DNA of 64,000 nt from Octopus sinensis. Its lineage: Eukaryota. The translations under genes were made by a program, and so were the position numbers. The notes under the pieces were generated by a model. The model was given only the letters and a program-made list of their open reading frames with translations. It ran no database searches and was not told where the DNA came from. The stretch spans positions 191,828,001-191,892,000 of the forward strand of contig NC_042997.1 in assembly GCF_006345805.1 (NCBI RefSeq). The letters are read 5' to 3'. Shown here piece by piece: positions 1 to 12,185 of this stretch (positions within the stretch are counted from its first letter, which is position 1; each line of letters starts with the position of its first letter).

Positions 1-558
1 TGTTCATTGACAAAATGTGTTTACATATATATAAATATCATTCAATTAATACATGTATTTGTATATATGCATGCATGCATGTATTAATTGAATGACAAAG
101 AAACAGTTAATTCATATTATGCTCTGCACTTCCCTAACATTATTCTGAAGCATATGTATATTGAGTTTGAACAATAGGTTATTAGTATTGCTATGCCCAA
201 GTGAAAGCATTATATATATATATATATATAGTTCCAAAGAAAGAGCAGTAGGTTTATTGTAATAAATATCTACTGTTGCATATAATCACAATGCTTTATC
301 AAGTGCACCTATCTTTTCACAAATAGACATAAAGAAGTCAGTTAGAAATTAGACAATGCCTTAAGCAATCTAGAATTAATCATTTGATTTGAGAGAGAGA
401 GAGTGAGTGGGGGTGGGGAAGAGTTTCCAAGGAAATTGTTTAACCCTGGGCCATCCATAATTAGGTAGATTTATGATCAAAAGTATACCAGCTATTTCCC
501 TCTCACCTTTTTAAAATGTATCTAGGACTACATTACTGATCTACCCTGCCTTGTTTAA

Positions 559-764
559 CCCTTTAGCATTTAAACTGGCCATATCTGGCCCAAATATGCT
601 TCCTATTTTATGTTCTGTCCAGTCAGATGCAGCCTGCCACACCTACTTTTCAGTATACAATCACATCATCAAAATTTCAAAGATATGAGATAAAGCATGA
701 TTATTTAAACAGTGTGAATAAAAAAAAACATTACATTTGACAGAATAATCTGAATGCTAAAGGG
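559..764. mobile_element. piggyBac-type MITE
   Basis: TTAA flanks (555-558, 765-768); TIR CCCTTTAGCATT/AATGCTAAAGGG. Confidence 0.9.
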
Positions 765-1442
765 TTAAGATACTAGGGTTTGATTGAGAAGTAATTTGGG
801 TGGTATTTCTAGCATATTAATCAACCACAAAGTAGTTCCTTTAGTTCAAATAAAATTGAGTTTACTAAGTAGCCATTACTCTGAAGATGTCTAAAACCAA
901 AACCAAATACATTTGACTTTCAATTTTTCTTTTAGTTTAATCAAATTAATACAACTTTCTCCACATAAATCTGACAAGACAATAGAAAATGTGGTCACCA
1001 TTAGACTGCTAACGAGCTATCTAAGTGTGTATCATCATCATCGTTTTGAAGTTCACTTTTTCATGCTTGCATGGGTCACAAGGAATTTGTCGAGGCAGAT
1101 TTTCTATAACTGAATGTCTTTCATGTCACCAGCCATCACCTGTTTCCAAGTAAAAGAATATTTTCCTGTGGCTAGACATGTTTCCACAGAAGATTGGAAA
1201 CAAACGACACTGCTTGTATGACAGTGACATTTATTTACAACCATCACACAATGTCAAGATAAAGGGACACCCACACATATGTGTGTGTGTGTTGGTGTGT
1301 GAAGGGCTTCTTTTAGTTTCCATCTATCAAATCCACTTACAAGGATTTGGTCTGCCTGAGGCTATAGAAAAAGACATTTGCCCAACGTGCTACACAGTGG
1401 GACTGAACCTGGAACCAAATGGTTGGAAAGCAAGCTTCTTAA

Positions 1443-1851
1443 CCCTTTTGTTACCAACCCAGCTGAAACCGACTCTGGCTCTGTGGTATAAATGTCTTGT
1501 TTTCAAAAGTTCTGAACTAAAATCTTCCACCAAACCCTAGTCACAATTTATGTTCCTAACACAAGCTTAATGATAATTAAGTTATTTTACTAAATTCTTT
1601 GTTATATTGAAAGTAATTGAAAGAGATACAGAGCATCCAGAATGCCATGTTGAATAGTTAGCCCCTACACGCAATTTTTTTCTCTCCTTGTTTCTTTTCT
1701 GTGTATCTTTCTGTCGAAGAGCATAGGCTCGAAACGTAAAAGACTTGTTTTATTTCTATTCCTGAGCACCATACTAATACATTGTTTGTTTGTACTCCAC
1801 CTGCCTTCGTCTTTTGTTTATTTTCTCAACATAAACACAGTAATAAAAGGG
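1443..1851. mobile_element. piggyBac-type MITE, second family, containing a nested PLE fragment and itself inside a SINE
   Basis: TTAA at 1439-42 and 1852-55; TIR CCCTTTTGTTAC/GTAATAAAAGGG. Confidence 0.85.
1645..1826 (+). mobile_element. Penelope-like terminal-repeat (pLTR) fragment with hammerhead-like motif at 1706-1743, nested in a piggyBac MITE
   Basis: tcttt-CTGTCGA-A-gagc(atag)gctc-GAA-ACGT-A-aaaga. The same sequence family recurs at 13730, 14178 and 45250. Confidence 0.7.
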
Positions 1852-3401
1852 TTAAAAACACAGTCATGTCTGCATTTGGCCATATAAATCCTATATTTGT
1901 TTTTTTGACTGCTGCCTTAAAAAAAAAGAATAACAATACAAAAATAAACACATGCTTCCTCCACTCTCATTCCTGTTTCTAAGAATACATTTTCTGTGAG
2001 AAATTGATTAGATTCTTGAGATACTTACAGTGTAAATCCTGCGGGTATAAGTAATATTATGGCTGCTACTATAAATATAAAACCGGTATAAAACCTCAGG
2101 GTGCTGGCATAAATGACCGTAAATATCAAAGGTGACAAGAAGTGAATCAAACTCTCGGCACAATGCATCAGAGCAAAGAGGGAACCTGCAAAAGATAGGT
2201 TTTTATTGTATATATAAAAGGGTACATGTATGTATTAGTTACAAATATTATGTACAAGATGTGATACAATATACAAGAATTAATGTCTACACAGATATAC
2301 GAGCAAGCTTTCATAAAGTCACTGCATCCACACATTTGGTCACCCTAACTGGCTTCTCTGCCGGTGGCACGTAAAAGGCACTATTTGAGCATGATCATTA
2401 CCAGCATTGCCTTAGTGGCACGTGTAAAAACATTCAAGCAAGGTGGTTGCCAGTACTGCCTGACTGGCCCCCGTGCCAAGGCACGTAAAAGCACCCATTA
2501 CACTCTCGGAGTGGTTGGCGTTAGGAAGGGCATCCAGCTGTAGAAACTCTGCCAGATCAAGATTGGAGCCTGGTGCAGCCATCTGGTTTGCCAGCCCTCA
2601 GTCAAATCGTCCAACACATGCTAGCATGGAAAGTGGACGTTAAACAATGATGACGATGATGATGATGATTAGAAACAGTATTCAATCACCTTCCCTTAGT
2701 CCTAACTCTGAGTTGGGTGGCCAAATATTTATTTCAAATTTTGGTACAAAACCAGCAATTCTGGGGTAGTGGGTAAGTTGATTACATTGATCCAAGTATT
2801 CAATTTCCACTCATTTTATTGACCCAACACAAGGATGAAATCAACCTCAGCAGGATTTGAACTCTGAATGTAAAGATGGACAAAATGCCACTAAGCATTC
2901 TGTCCAGTGTGCTAACGATGCTGCCAGTTCACTGCCTTCAGGTTGCTAAATATTGGTTTCAAAATTTGACATAAGGTCAGAAATTTTTGGGGAGGGGTAA
3001 GTCAATTACATCAACTCCAGTGCACAACTGGTACTTATTTCATCAACCCTGAAAGGATGAGAGACAAAGTCGACTATGGAAGAATTTGAACTCACCCACT
3101 GCACTCTCGGAGTGATTGGCGTTAAGAAGGGCATCCAGCTGTAGAAACATTGCTAGATCGGATTGGATCCTGGTGCAGCCTTCTGGCTTGCCAGCCCTCA
3201 GTCAAACCGTCCAACCCATGCCAGACTGGAAAGTGGACATTAAATGATGATGATGATGAATGTCAAGACAGATGAAATGCTGCTAAGCATTTTGTCCAGC
3301 ATGCTAACAACTCTGCCAGCTTGCTACCTTCGGGTTGCCAAATATTGTTAATAAACCATAGAGAGTCAAAGCTGTCATAACACCATTCAAATCCATCTTA
3401 C

Positions 3402-3493
3402 CTGTGGTTCCCACTAAAATTTCTAGTCCAAAAATAGACGGCAAAATGGATGCTGCTTTCTCTGGATACCATTCCCACAAAAATAACCACTGC
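3402..3493 (-). other. Candidate 92-nt exon of the SLC46 gene (frame unresolved; possibly poison or degenerate exon)
   Basis: Consensus sites TTTCAG|G and CAG|GTAAGA flank non-repeat sequence. The phase-1 reading from 3493 hits TAG; the other two frames are open. Confidence 0.35.
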
Positions 3494-5114
3494 CTGAAAT
3501 ATTTATATCAAATCTACTCACAAGGCTTTGGTTAGCCCAGGGCTACAGTAGAAGGCACCTGCCAAAGGTGCTGCATAGTGGGACTGAACTTGAGAACATA
3601 TGGTTGGGAAGCAATCTTCTTAACCACACAGCCACGCCTGCTGGTACTGTCCATTTCATGTTCACATTTCTATGTTTAACAACAATGGAGTAGAGATATT
3701 TTGCAACTACTGGAGAACCATTTTAACATTTGGAAAGATTCTAAAATTGTGCCAAACCTATTAGTACTGGGTATCATCATCATCATCATTTAATGTCTCT
3801 TTTCCATGCTGAAATGGATTGGATGGTTTGAAAGGATCTGGTGAGCAACAGGGCTGCATTGAGTTCCAGTGTAAGGTTTGGTATTGGTTTCTACAGATAG
3901 ATGTCCTTCCTAACACCAACTACTTTACATTGTGAACTGGGTGCTTTTTTGTGTGGCACCTGCACTAGTGAGGTTGTTCAGTAACTTGCAAGACAAGAAA
4001 AGAATAAGAAGTCCCCTCAACTCAGTGAGGAGGAGAGCATTTAAGAGATGGGGAAGTGGCTTTATGCTAGGTGTTGAAAGGCCAAATTATGAAAGAGAGA
4101 CAAGTGCAGGGGTATTACTATAGAGGAGAAATATGGATACCCAATATTATATAAGGGTGGGTGGGAGTAGCTGGACAAAAACATTATAGTAATGGGAAGG
4201 TTGAGCAAACTCTCTAGATACATGAAAGTGAACAAAAGAGAGGACATAGGAGTGGATGGATAGTTTCATAAGAGATGCCTTATTTGGTGAGCTTACAATA
4301 GGATAGATCCTTCTTGAGTCACATGGACTCATAGGACCAGTTATCTGATTTCTGTGATGCGTATAGTCCCTCCTGGATAAGACACTAGTCCATCGCAGGA
4401 TTACTCATTGTTACCAGCTGAGTGGACTGAAATAATATAAAATGAAGTGTTTTGCTCAAGTAAACACACCATGTTGTTTGGTCCAGGAATCAAAACCATG
4501 TGTCCAACACCCTAACCACTAAGCCATGCACATTTACTTAGAGTGTACAATAGCTAGGTCTGAAATCTTTCAAGTGTTCTAGTATCTATAACGTACTAAG
4601 ATTAATGGCTAAGAAGTGAAAAATGCAATTATATTTGGAATACTGTGTTTTTGAATCATCATCAAAACTTGATTGGTTACATCTAACTTCATTAGTTTGT
4701 CTGTTCGAAGTTGATTAAGACGATACAACACCAATGCTGCTAATTTCTTATAAGTCTATTTTAAGTAAGATTCTTCACATACTATTTTCAATTCACTTTT
4801 AATTCAGCTACATTCTTTGTACTGATTCAATGAAAAACAAAATCCTTCCAAAACATAAAATGGTATTGCTTCCAATACTTGTAAAATATGTACAAAAAAA
4901 GAACAAAAAAAAACAAAACAAAACTTTCCTAAAATATCTTTTTATAATTAAATAACTTTAATGAATGGTAAGTATAATTTTCCTTCAAAGAATTAGTATT
5001 AATTGTCTAGCTCTGAAGAGATATTTAAAGAGTTGTAAAGCTGTACTGGCTGTAGCCATAAATTTCACACCTGCAAAATTGGTCAATATATATCTAGTCA
5101 CATAAAAATCTTAC

Positions 5115-5198
5115 CTTGATCAGTTGGGTGTATACCACGAGAGACAATGGCACGCATCATTGGAAAAGGAAGTAATTGGAATGCAAGGAGTAGAATAG
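5115..5198 (-). CDS. SLC46A1-like: SLC46 transporter, 84-nt phase 1-1 coding exon (S-ILLLAFQLLPFPMMRAIVSRGIHPTDQ-G)
   Basis: Acceptor ttttttatttgacAG| and donor G|GTAAGA. Joins exon 1 in frame and aligns ungapped with PCFT ..TPVIRAKLSKLVRETEQG. Same length and phases as human SLC46A1 exon 3. Confidence 0.93.
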
Positions 5199-5569
5199 CT
5201 GTCAAATAAAAAAGAAAATAATGTCAGATATTAAAAAAAAAAAACAAAAAAAACAACAACCCAAACATTTCAACATGATTTTCAGAAATAAAAAAAGAAA
5301 AAATTTAGATATTCTGTATTGACATTATATCACATTGGAGAAGAAGTAAATATTTTACATATTTTTAAATTGGTTTAAATTATTGGCAACAATAATAATG
5401 GTCTTGGTTGATTATATTGACTCTGGTACTTAGGTCTGGTATTTGTTTTATTGAATGGTTAAATCCATCCTAATGTAAAGGAATGTAGTATATACTACAA
5501 GGTTCCTCAAGGCATCAATTAGTTGGCAATCCTTTGCAGATGTGCAGAATTACATATCACATACACGCA

Positions 5570-5990
5570 CACACACTCTTCATCATTATTGCTTTCACAT
5601 CCCTTTTCCATGCTTGCATGGGTCAGATGGAATTTATTGAGTCAGATTTCCTGTGGTTGGATGCCCAGCCTGTTGCTAACCCTCATTTGTTCCAAGTAAG
5701 GTCATCTCCCACCCCCATGGCTTGACATGTTTTTACAGAAGACTGGAAATGAGGAACACCACATGTGTGATGGTGACACTCATTTACAACAATCATGTGA
5801 TATCAGACAAGGAAACACTAACACACACACACAAAGGGCTTCTTTCAGTTTCCACCTACCAAATCCACTCACAAGGCTTTAGTTGACCTGAGGCTATAGT
5901 AAAAAAACTCTTGCCCAAGGCACCACACTGTGGAATTGAACCTGGAGCCAAGTGGTTTGCCAGCAAGCTTCTTAACCACACAGCCTGTAA
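5570..5990 (-). mobile_element. SINE family A head joined to an alternative (GAT)n-ending tail 2
   Basis: Same head, (CA)n hinge, different tail. Also at about 1030-1440, 42770-43400 and 44375-44725. Confidence 0.8.
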
Positions 5991-6109
5991 ATATGCAATC
6001 AAATGTTTTTATTTCTTACTTTAATGTATTGAACATAATAATGAAAGAAAGTAAAACTATAGGAAACAATATTTTTTTCAAATTACAGATATGTACAAAA
6101 ATCAATTCG

Positions 6110-6599
6110 ATGACTGGCATCCATGCTAGCGGGGTGCAAAGAGCACCATACGAGAGTGATCGTTGACAGAGTGGCTATTTGAGTATGATCATTACCAGCA
6201 TCGCCTTACTGGCACTAGGGTGCCAAGAGCACCATCTGAGCATGATTGTTGCCAGAGCAGCCAACTGGCTTCCATACCTGTGGCACATAAAAGGGCACCA
6301 TTTGAGCGTGATCGTTACCAACGTCGCTTCACTGGCACCTGTGCCGGTTGCACGTGTAAACAGATTTGAGCGAGGTCATTGCCAGTACCGTCTGACTGGC
6401 CCCTGTGCTGGTGGGCATGTAAAAAGCACCCACTACACTCTCGGAGTGGTTGGCGTTAGGAAGGGCATTGAGCTGTAGAAACTCTGCCAGATCAAGATTG
6501 GAGCCTGGTGCAGCCATCTGGTTCGCCAGCCCTCAGTCAAAATTGTCCAACCCATGCTAGCATGGAAAGCGGACGTTAAACGATGATGATGATGAGGAT
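6110..6599 (+). mobile_element. Family C: non-coding RTE-related element with internal tandem units and (GAT)n tail
   Basis: Repeated gtgccggtggcacgtaaaaagcacc units, then cactctcggagtggttggcgttaggaagggcatccagc..gttaaacgatgatgat. Copies at about 2345-2670, 3095-3259, 20095-20453, 26352-26690, 27120-27319 (+) and 17733-18135, 18662-19005, 23096-23350, 33563-33758, 48272-48436 (-). Confidence 0.85.
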
Positions 6600-6832
6600 G
6601 CGCATTGATTCCACATTAAGCAATCTTGAAAGAAATTCTTTTGGTTCTATGTTTTTCCCACTTCTATAGTACACAAGCTAAAAAGTTGTCCAGTTTTTCA
6701 AACTCTCCTAAAATCTATCTTTTCTTCTCTTGTTTCGTTCCTAAGCTTTGCTGACTCTTTATTACTTTGCTAATGCATCTGCTCTTTCTTGAAAAGAGTC
6801 AGTGATATCGTTAACTCCTTACTTCTCTTCTT

Positions 6833-7700
6833 ATTTTTTTTATATTTGCCAGGTCTGGAGGAAGGGTTGTTGCCCATGGCTTTTACAAGCCCTCCAATAT
6901 CAGTGAGGTTGATACTATTTATGTTTTTCTTGAACCTTTGTAAATCAATACCTGTGGGAAAATATGAGCAGTGATGGAATTCCAGAGGGTGGACATTCTG
7001 GGGAGGAAGGACTGGCCATAGTAATTAACATAAGGCTGGGAGACTTGGATGCAATAAGGGTGCAAGGAGGAGGAAAGATGAGCAGAGAAGAAAGAAATGC
7101 TGGAGTAGAGATAGCATGAACCTGGCCAGTTCCAAGGAGAAGAAACCATTATAGAAGCAGTAGAAAAGATGGAGTGAGGAGAGGAGACAGCTTATTTGTG
7201 AGTCAGAGGTTGGAGTATTTCTGTGAGTGACTTTATGCCAGTCAGTTGAGTGGCCCAGTTTTGGATGTCTATATGTGCCCCTTCTGGATGACCATATGTG
7301 CAAAAGTAGCACTGACTCAGACATGAGTAATATTTTATTGTGGACCTCAATTGAGCTTTGTACAGTATTAACAGATGTTGGGGGCTCAGGTACCTTCTTG
7401 GTCCTGAAGAAAAGGGCCAATCATTAGAAGGCAACCCTTGCTATTTAAGGACATGCATTCACCAGCAGAGATCCACAGTAAGACACAACAACTGGAGCGA
7501 TTTTGAGGGCTCTAGCTGAATGATACTCATGATTAAGGTGAGGAGGGAAGTAAGGAAGTTTTCATATGAGTAGCGTTAGTGTTTTCTTGTTGAAAGAGGT
7601 AAGATGAGCTTGTCCTCAGTGGAGAGTGCTTTCAAGATTTGTGTTCATGGAGCCAATGTATGTTTAATATGGGGTGTTTAAGTTGCAAGTACATGATTCA
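6833..7700 (-). mobile_element. Degenerate L2/Crack/CR1-group LINE 3' fragment
   Basis: Frameshifted pieces LSPQHLLILYKAQLRSTIKY and HPYCIQVSQPYVNYYGQSFLPRMSTLWNS; A-rich 3' end near 6833. Confidence 0.75.
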
Positions 7701-8592
7701 TAGACACAGAATGTTAGGGAAGAGTAATGAGTAGTGACATCCGCATAAAAGTGAATATAATAAGATGTGGTGGCAAGTGTTATTGTCAGCACATCTTAAC
7801 TTATTTTTTATTTTATCCTATCATATTATATTATTTTTAGAAATGTTTTTGCAGGGTTTCTATGGTTTTAATACTGGAGATTATGAATCTGGAAAAAAGA
7901 AAAAAAAAAGAAAATGTTTTGATTCTACAAAATTTTTTCCCCAATTTCAATTTCCCAATAATTGTGTATGAGAGAGATTTATAGTACAATTCCATCAGAT
8001 CACTTAGCTTGTAATTATTAAATCCACTTGCATAAAAAAAAAAAAAAATTTAATGGTATCATTATTGATTCTATTGGTGTGTGTATGGGAGGTTTATGGT
8101 TCAATTTCATCTGAGCACTTGTCTTTCTGTCGTAATTATTAAAACCATTATCCTTGAAAAAAAAAAAAAAAATTTAATGGTAGTGTTATTAATGTCTAAC
8201 AGTTTTTCTGAATGCAGAAGCAAAAGTTTTCAAGAACTGCTGAATGTTTTCTCAAGTTGAGATGTCACAGAAGGTCTGTATTGCTTTTAGAATCAGGAGT
8301 CCCTAATTTCAAGGAAACTGTTATAATTTTCAATGCAAAGATGAAGTAGAAAATCATATCATGTGCCAGAAATAAGTCTCTTTACTCTTTTATTTGCTTC
8401 AGTCATTTGACTGCAGCCATGTTGGAGCAAATCGACCCCAGGACTTATTCTTTGTAAGCCTAGTACTTATTCTATTGGTCCCTTTTGCCGCACCACTAAA
8501 TTACGGGGACGTAAACACACCAGCATCGGTTGTCAAGCGATATTGGGGGGACAAACACACATACACATACATATACATATATATATATATAT

Positions 8593-9008
8593 ATATTGTT
8601 GTATTTAGGAATGGTCATTTTGCCAGTTTAGCCAATAAAAACACACGCACTATATATTTAGTGTTACTTTGCTTCAGTGTTATTTATTTTTTACATTAAT
8701 CTTAATCTTATTTCGGCCAGAGTTCTTTTGTCACACTCCTGTGACCGCATCAGTGGTCCTTTGTTTTCTTCTTACTTATTTGTGTCTCTCCTTACTAACC
8801 GGTTAGTAAGGAGAGACACAAATAAGTAAGAAGAAAACAAAGGACCACTGATGTGGTCACAGGAGTGTGACAAAAGAACTCTGGCTGAAATAAGATTAAG
8901 ATTAATGTAAAAAATAAATAACACTGAAGCAAAGTAACACCAAATATATAGCGTGTGTGTTTTTATTGGCTAAACTGGCAAAATGACCATTCCTAAATAC
9001 AACAATAT
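8593..9008. repeat. 416-bp zero-spacer palindrome (208-bp arms)
   Basis: Centre ctaacc|ggttag at 8800/8801; the arms differ at only a handful of positions. It lies in the (TA)n hinge of a SINE. Confidence 0.97.
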
Positions 9009-10731
9009 CTGTTTCAACACACGACTTCACATAAAAAATCTTGAACAACAAATATTTAAAAGTACTATATATATATATATATATACATATATATACATAT
9101 ATACAACGGGCTTCTTTCAGTTTCCGTCTACCAAATCCAAGGCTTTGGTCGGCCCGAGGCTATAGGAGAAGACACTTGCCCAAGGTGCCATGTAGTAGGA
9201 CTGAACCTGGAACCATGTGGTTCATAAGCAAGCTACTTACCACACAGCCACTCCTACGGCTATGTCAGTTACCATTTTAAAAGATACTCAAGAACAAGGT
9301 TTCTTTTCAATTTTTTTTCCCAGCATCTATTAATTTTACTGAACAAGGAAGAAATTTTGTTGCATAGATGTATTATCATCAACACTCAACAATAAATATT
9401 TACAATGACATTCAAAAGTTCGACGAATTCAGCAGATATTGAGAATTTAGACAAAATAAAATACCTTACAGTTCAACTTCATAATTTGAAATGTATTAGA
9501 ATAATTCGAAACAAAAAAAAATATTTTAGAAAATTTTTACAGTTCATTACAATAGCTAGTGTGTGAAAGATGTTAGCCATTACATAGCTAACGAATCCAC
9601 ACTTTCTGGCTGAAGAGCACTTAAATACAAACACACAACTATTACTAAAAGTCAACAGGTTGCAGATTTCTGTGTTATTGTAGAGCACAAGAGAGAATAC
9701 TAGTAATTTGTTTAGAGAAAGTAGTAGTCTCTTTCTATGTGTGATTCTTGTGGCTTTTATAATCTTTTCTTAAACCCTTTGCTCCCAATGGAACATAGGC
9801 TGTCAATGATTTTTCTCTATTGCTCTGGACTCTGAGCTGTCTTGTTTTTTTTTTCTCTAGGTCTTCTTGGTTTTGAATTGTCATTGATGTTTCTGTAATT
9901 TTAATTTTTTTTCTAGGCAGAGGTGATGACCCTGTGAAAATCCATTTTTACTACTGGGGCGAGGTGACCCATATTAATCTGGCCTATATCTAGTATGAAA
10001 GGCCCTACCAGGAGACTGCTCAGCTGGCATAGCTTTCAAGATTATTGAGGCACACAAGCTACCACAGATTAACAAGGATTGGATCTTGTGATGGTTTTAA
10101 AATCTCACCATCCTCAAAATTGGTTCCTAGAATTTGATATTTTTAACATGTTTAATTGGGTAAATAAAAACATCAATTTAAACCAAATGAAAATCATGCA
10201 GTGGTTTGTGAAATGTGTGGACAGAACAGGGCAGCCAGGCAGCCATTTTATATACGTGTTTGTTGCTGTTGAAAGTATGTTCGTCCTTAATTGATCATTA
10301 TCATTTAGCATCCATATTTGATGCTTGTATGGTTCTGAAAGAGCAGAGGATTGTGTCAAGCTCCAATGTCTGTTTTGACATGGTTTCTACAGTTCGATGC
10401 CCTTCTTAATGCCAACCACTTTTACAGAATGTACTGGGTACTTTTTTTATGTTATTGATACTAATCAGGTCACCAAGAAGATTGCAAAACACAATCCTTT
10501 GATTGAGGTGGGTGTAATAATCAGGGAGGTAACTCATGCCAGATGCTGAAGAACAAAAAAAAAAGGGCATGTTGCTGTAGAGGAGATAGCTACCCCAGGT
10601 GGAAATGGAAAGAAAATGGTGGTGATGAGGGTTATGATATACTCTCAAGGTACAAAAGGTTGAATGTGAAAGGAATGGGGACAGAGGAACTGTTGAGGGA
10701 GACAGGTGCAGAGGATCAGGTAAGAAGAGTA

Positions 10732-10963
10732 GGGCGGTGAGCTGGCAAAATCGTTAGCATGACATGCAAAATGCTTTGCAGTATTTCGTCTGCCACTACG
10801 TTCTGAGTTCAAATTCCGCCGAGATCGACTTTGCTTTTCATCCTTTCGGAGTCGATTAAATAAGTACCAGTTATGCAATGGGGGCGATATAATCAACTTA
10901 ATCCGTTTGTCTGTCCTTGTTTGTCCCCTCTGTGTTTAGCCCCTAGTGGGTAGTAAAGAAATA
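10732..10963 (+). mobile_element. SINE family B (tRNA-derived)
   Basis: ggcggtgagctggcaaaatcgttagc..gagttcaaattcc..aagtaccagt..gtgggtagtaaagaaata. Copies at about 32640-32872, 34846-35075, 62490-62720 (+) and 20846-21070, 41550-41750, 59520-59695 (-). Confidence 0.9.
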
Positions 10964-11475
10964 GGTAAGAAATAAGAGTGACCAGTTTGGCTACAATACA
11001 GGGCAGCCAAACCCATACCATGCTACTAACATCATGTTCATTATCAAATGTCTATGTTTTACTGCTTTCAACTACTCCAGTTTCTAAGATGTATTTACAA
11101 AAAGGGCATAAAATTTGTCACCATTTAAATCCCAAGTTCTGTGTCTGTCTTTTTGTTGCTAGGCAATATGACTGGAAGTGTCTAGGTGTCGACAGCAATG
11201 ACTCTCTTATTAATAAAATGATGACAGCCAATACTGTTACAAAATAATTGAAAATTTGTAAATAATATTTTGAATACGCAAATGAAGTCTTAGGTAAACA
11301 GAATATCAATAAGAAATTAATTATTCATTATTGTTGTTTAACAAAGATAATAACAGTCTTGTGGTGAAAGGTATTCTAATAATGACTATTATGAATTCAT
11401 AGCATATCATATATATATTTATATATAACTACAATCTCCTTTGTGTATGTGTCTGTGAAGGTGTACATGTGTGTG

Positions 11476-11509
<34 letters not shown>

Positions 11510-11774
11510 TGCATGTATGCTTGTAATTATGTATATGTGAAAAATAGTGTACAGTAAGATCCATGATGGTAGAATCTGAGAAGTATAGAGTTCCAATAGC
11601 AATTCAGGTGGTGAAGTGGTTCAGAAGAAGTGGCAAAGGTCCAAGAATAAGGTAGGAAAGAAGATGAGGGTCCGAGAAAGGAGGAAATTCAGTCAGGCAG
11701 GATTAAACATAAACATATACATACATATGTATGTACGTATGTGTGTATTACAGATTTTTACAAAGAAAAGGTTG

Positions 11775-12185
11775 ACAGTGGAGTGGCTGTGTGGTAAGTA
11801 GCTTGCTTACAAACCACATGGTTCTGGGTTCAGTCCCACTGTGTGGCACCTTGGGAAAGTGTCTTCTACTATAGCCTCGGGCTGACCAAAGCCTTGTGAA
11901 TAGATTTGGTAAACAGAAACTGAAAGAAGACCGTCGTATATGTATATATGTATGTATGTATGAGTGTGTATATGTTTGTGTGTCTGTGTTTGTTTCCCCA
12001 AAATCGCTTGACAACAGATGCTGGTGTGTTTTAGTCCCTGTAACTTAGCGGTTTGGCAAAACAGACCGATAGAATAAGTACTAGGCTTCCAAAGAATAAG
12101 TCCTGGGGTTGATTTGCTCGATTAAAGGCAGTGCTGCAGCATGGCCACAGTCAAAATGACTGAAACAAGTAAAAGAGTAAAAGAC
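11775..12185 (+). mobile_element. SINE family A (tRNA-like head, microsatellite hinge, tail 1), full-length copy
   Basis: A box tggctgtgtggtaag, B box ggttcagtcc, (TA/TG)n hinge, tail ending gactgaaacaagtaaaaga. Similar + copies at about 16970-17352, 25655-26015 and 40187-40578. Confidence 0.9.

Noticed and set aside
2031-2291. Possible solo LTR (TG..CA ends, AATAAA on minus)
   Set aside because: No clean 4-6 bp TSD and no second copy; too weak to call.
3402-3493. A-to-I rescue of the UAG in the candidate exon
   Set aside because: Two UAG codons would need editing, and the resulting peptide is not SLC46-like.
6110-6460. Repeat-spacer-like units suggesting a CRISPR array
   Set aside because: Eukaryotic context, no cas genes, the intervening sequences are homologous to each other, and the block is a dispersed retroposon.
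6340-6480. Twister or HDV-like ribozyme in the family C unit (GCCGGU, UAAAA)
   Set aside because: The twister loop GGUCCNAAGC and the HDV P3/L3 and J4/2 pattern could not be fitted.
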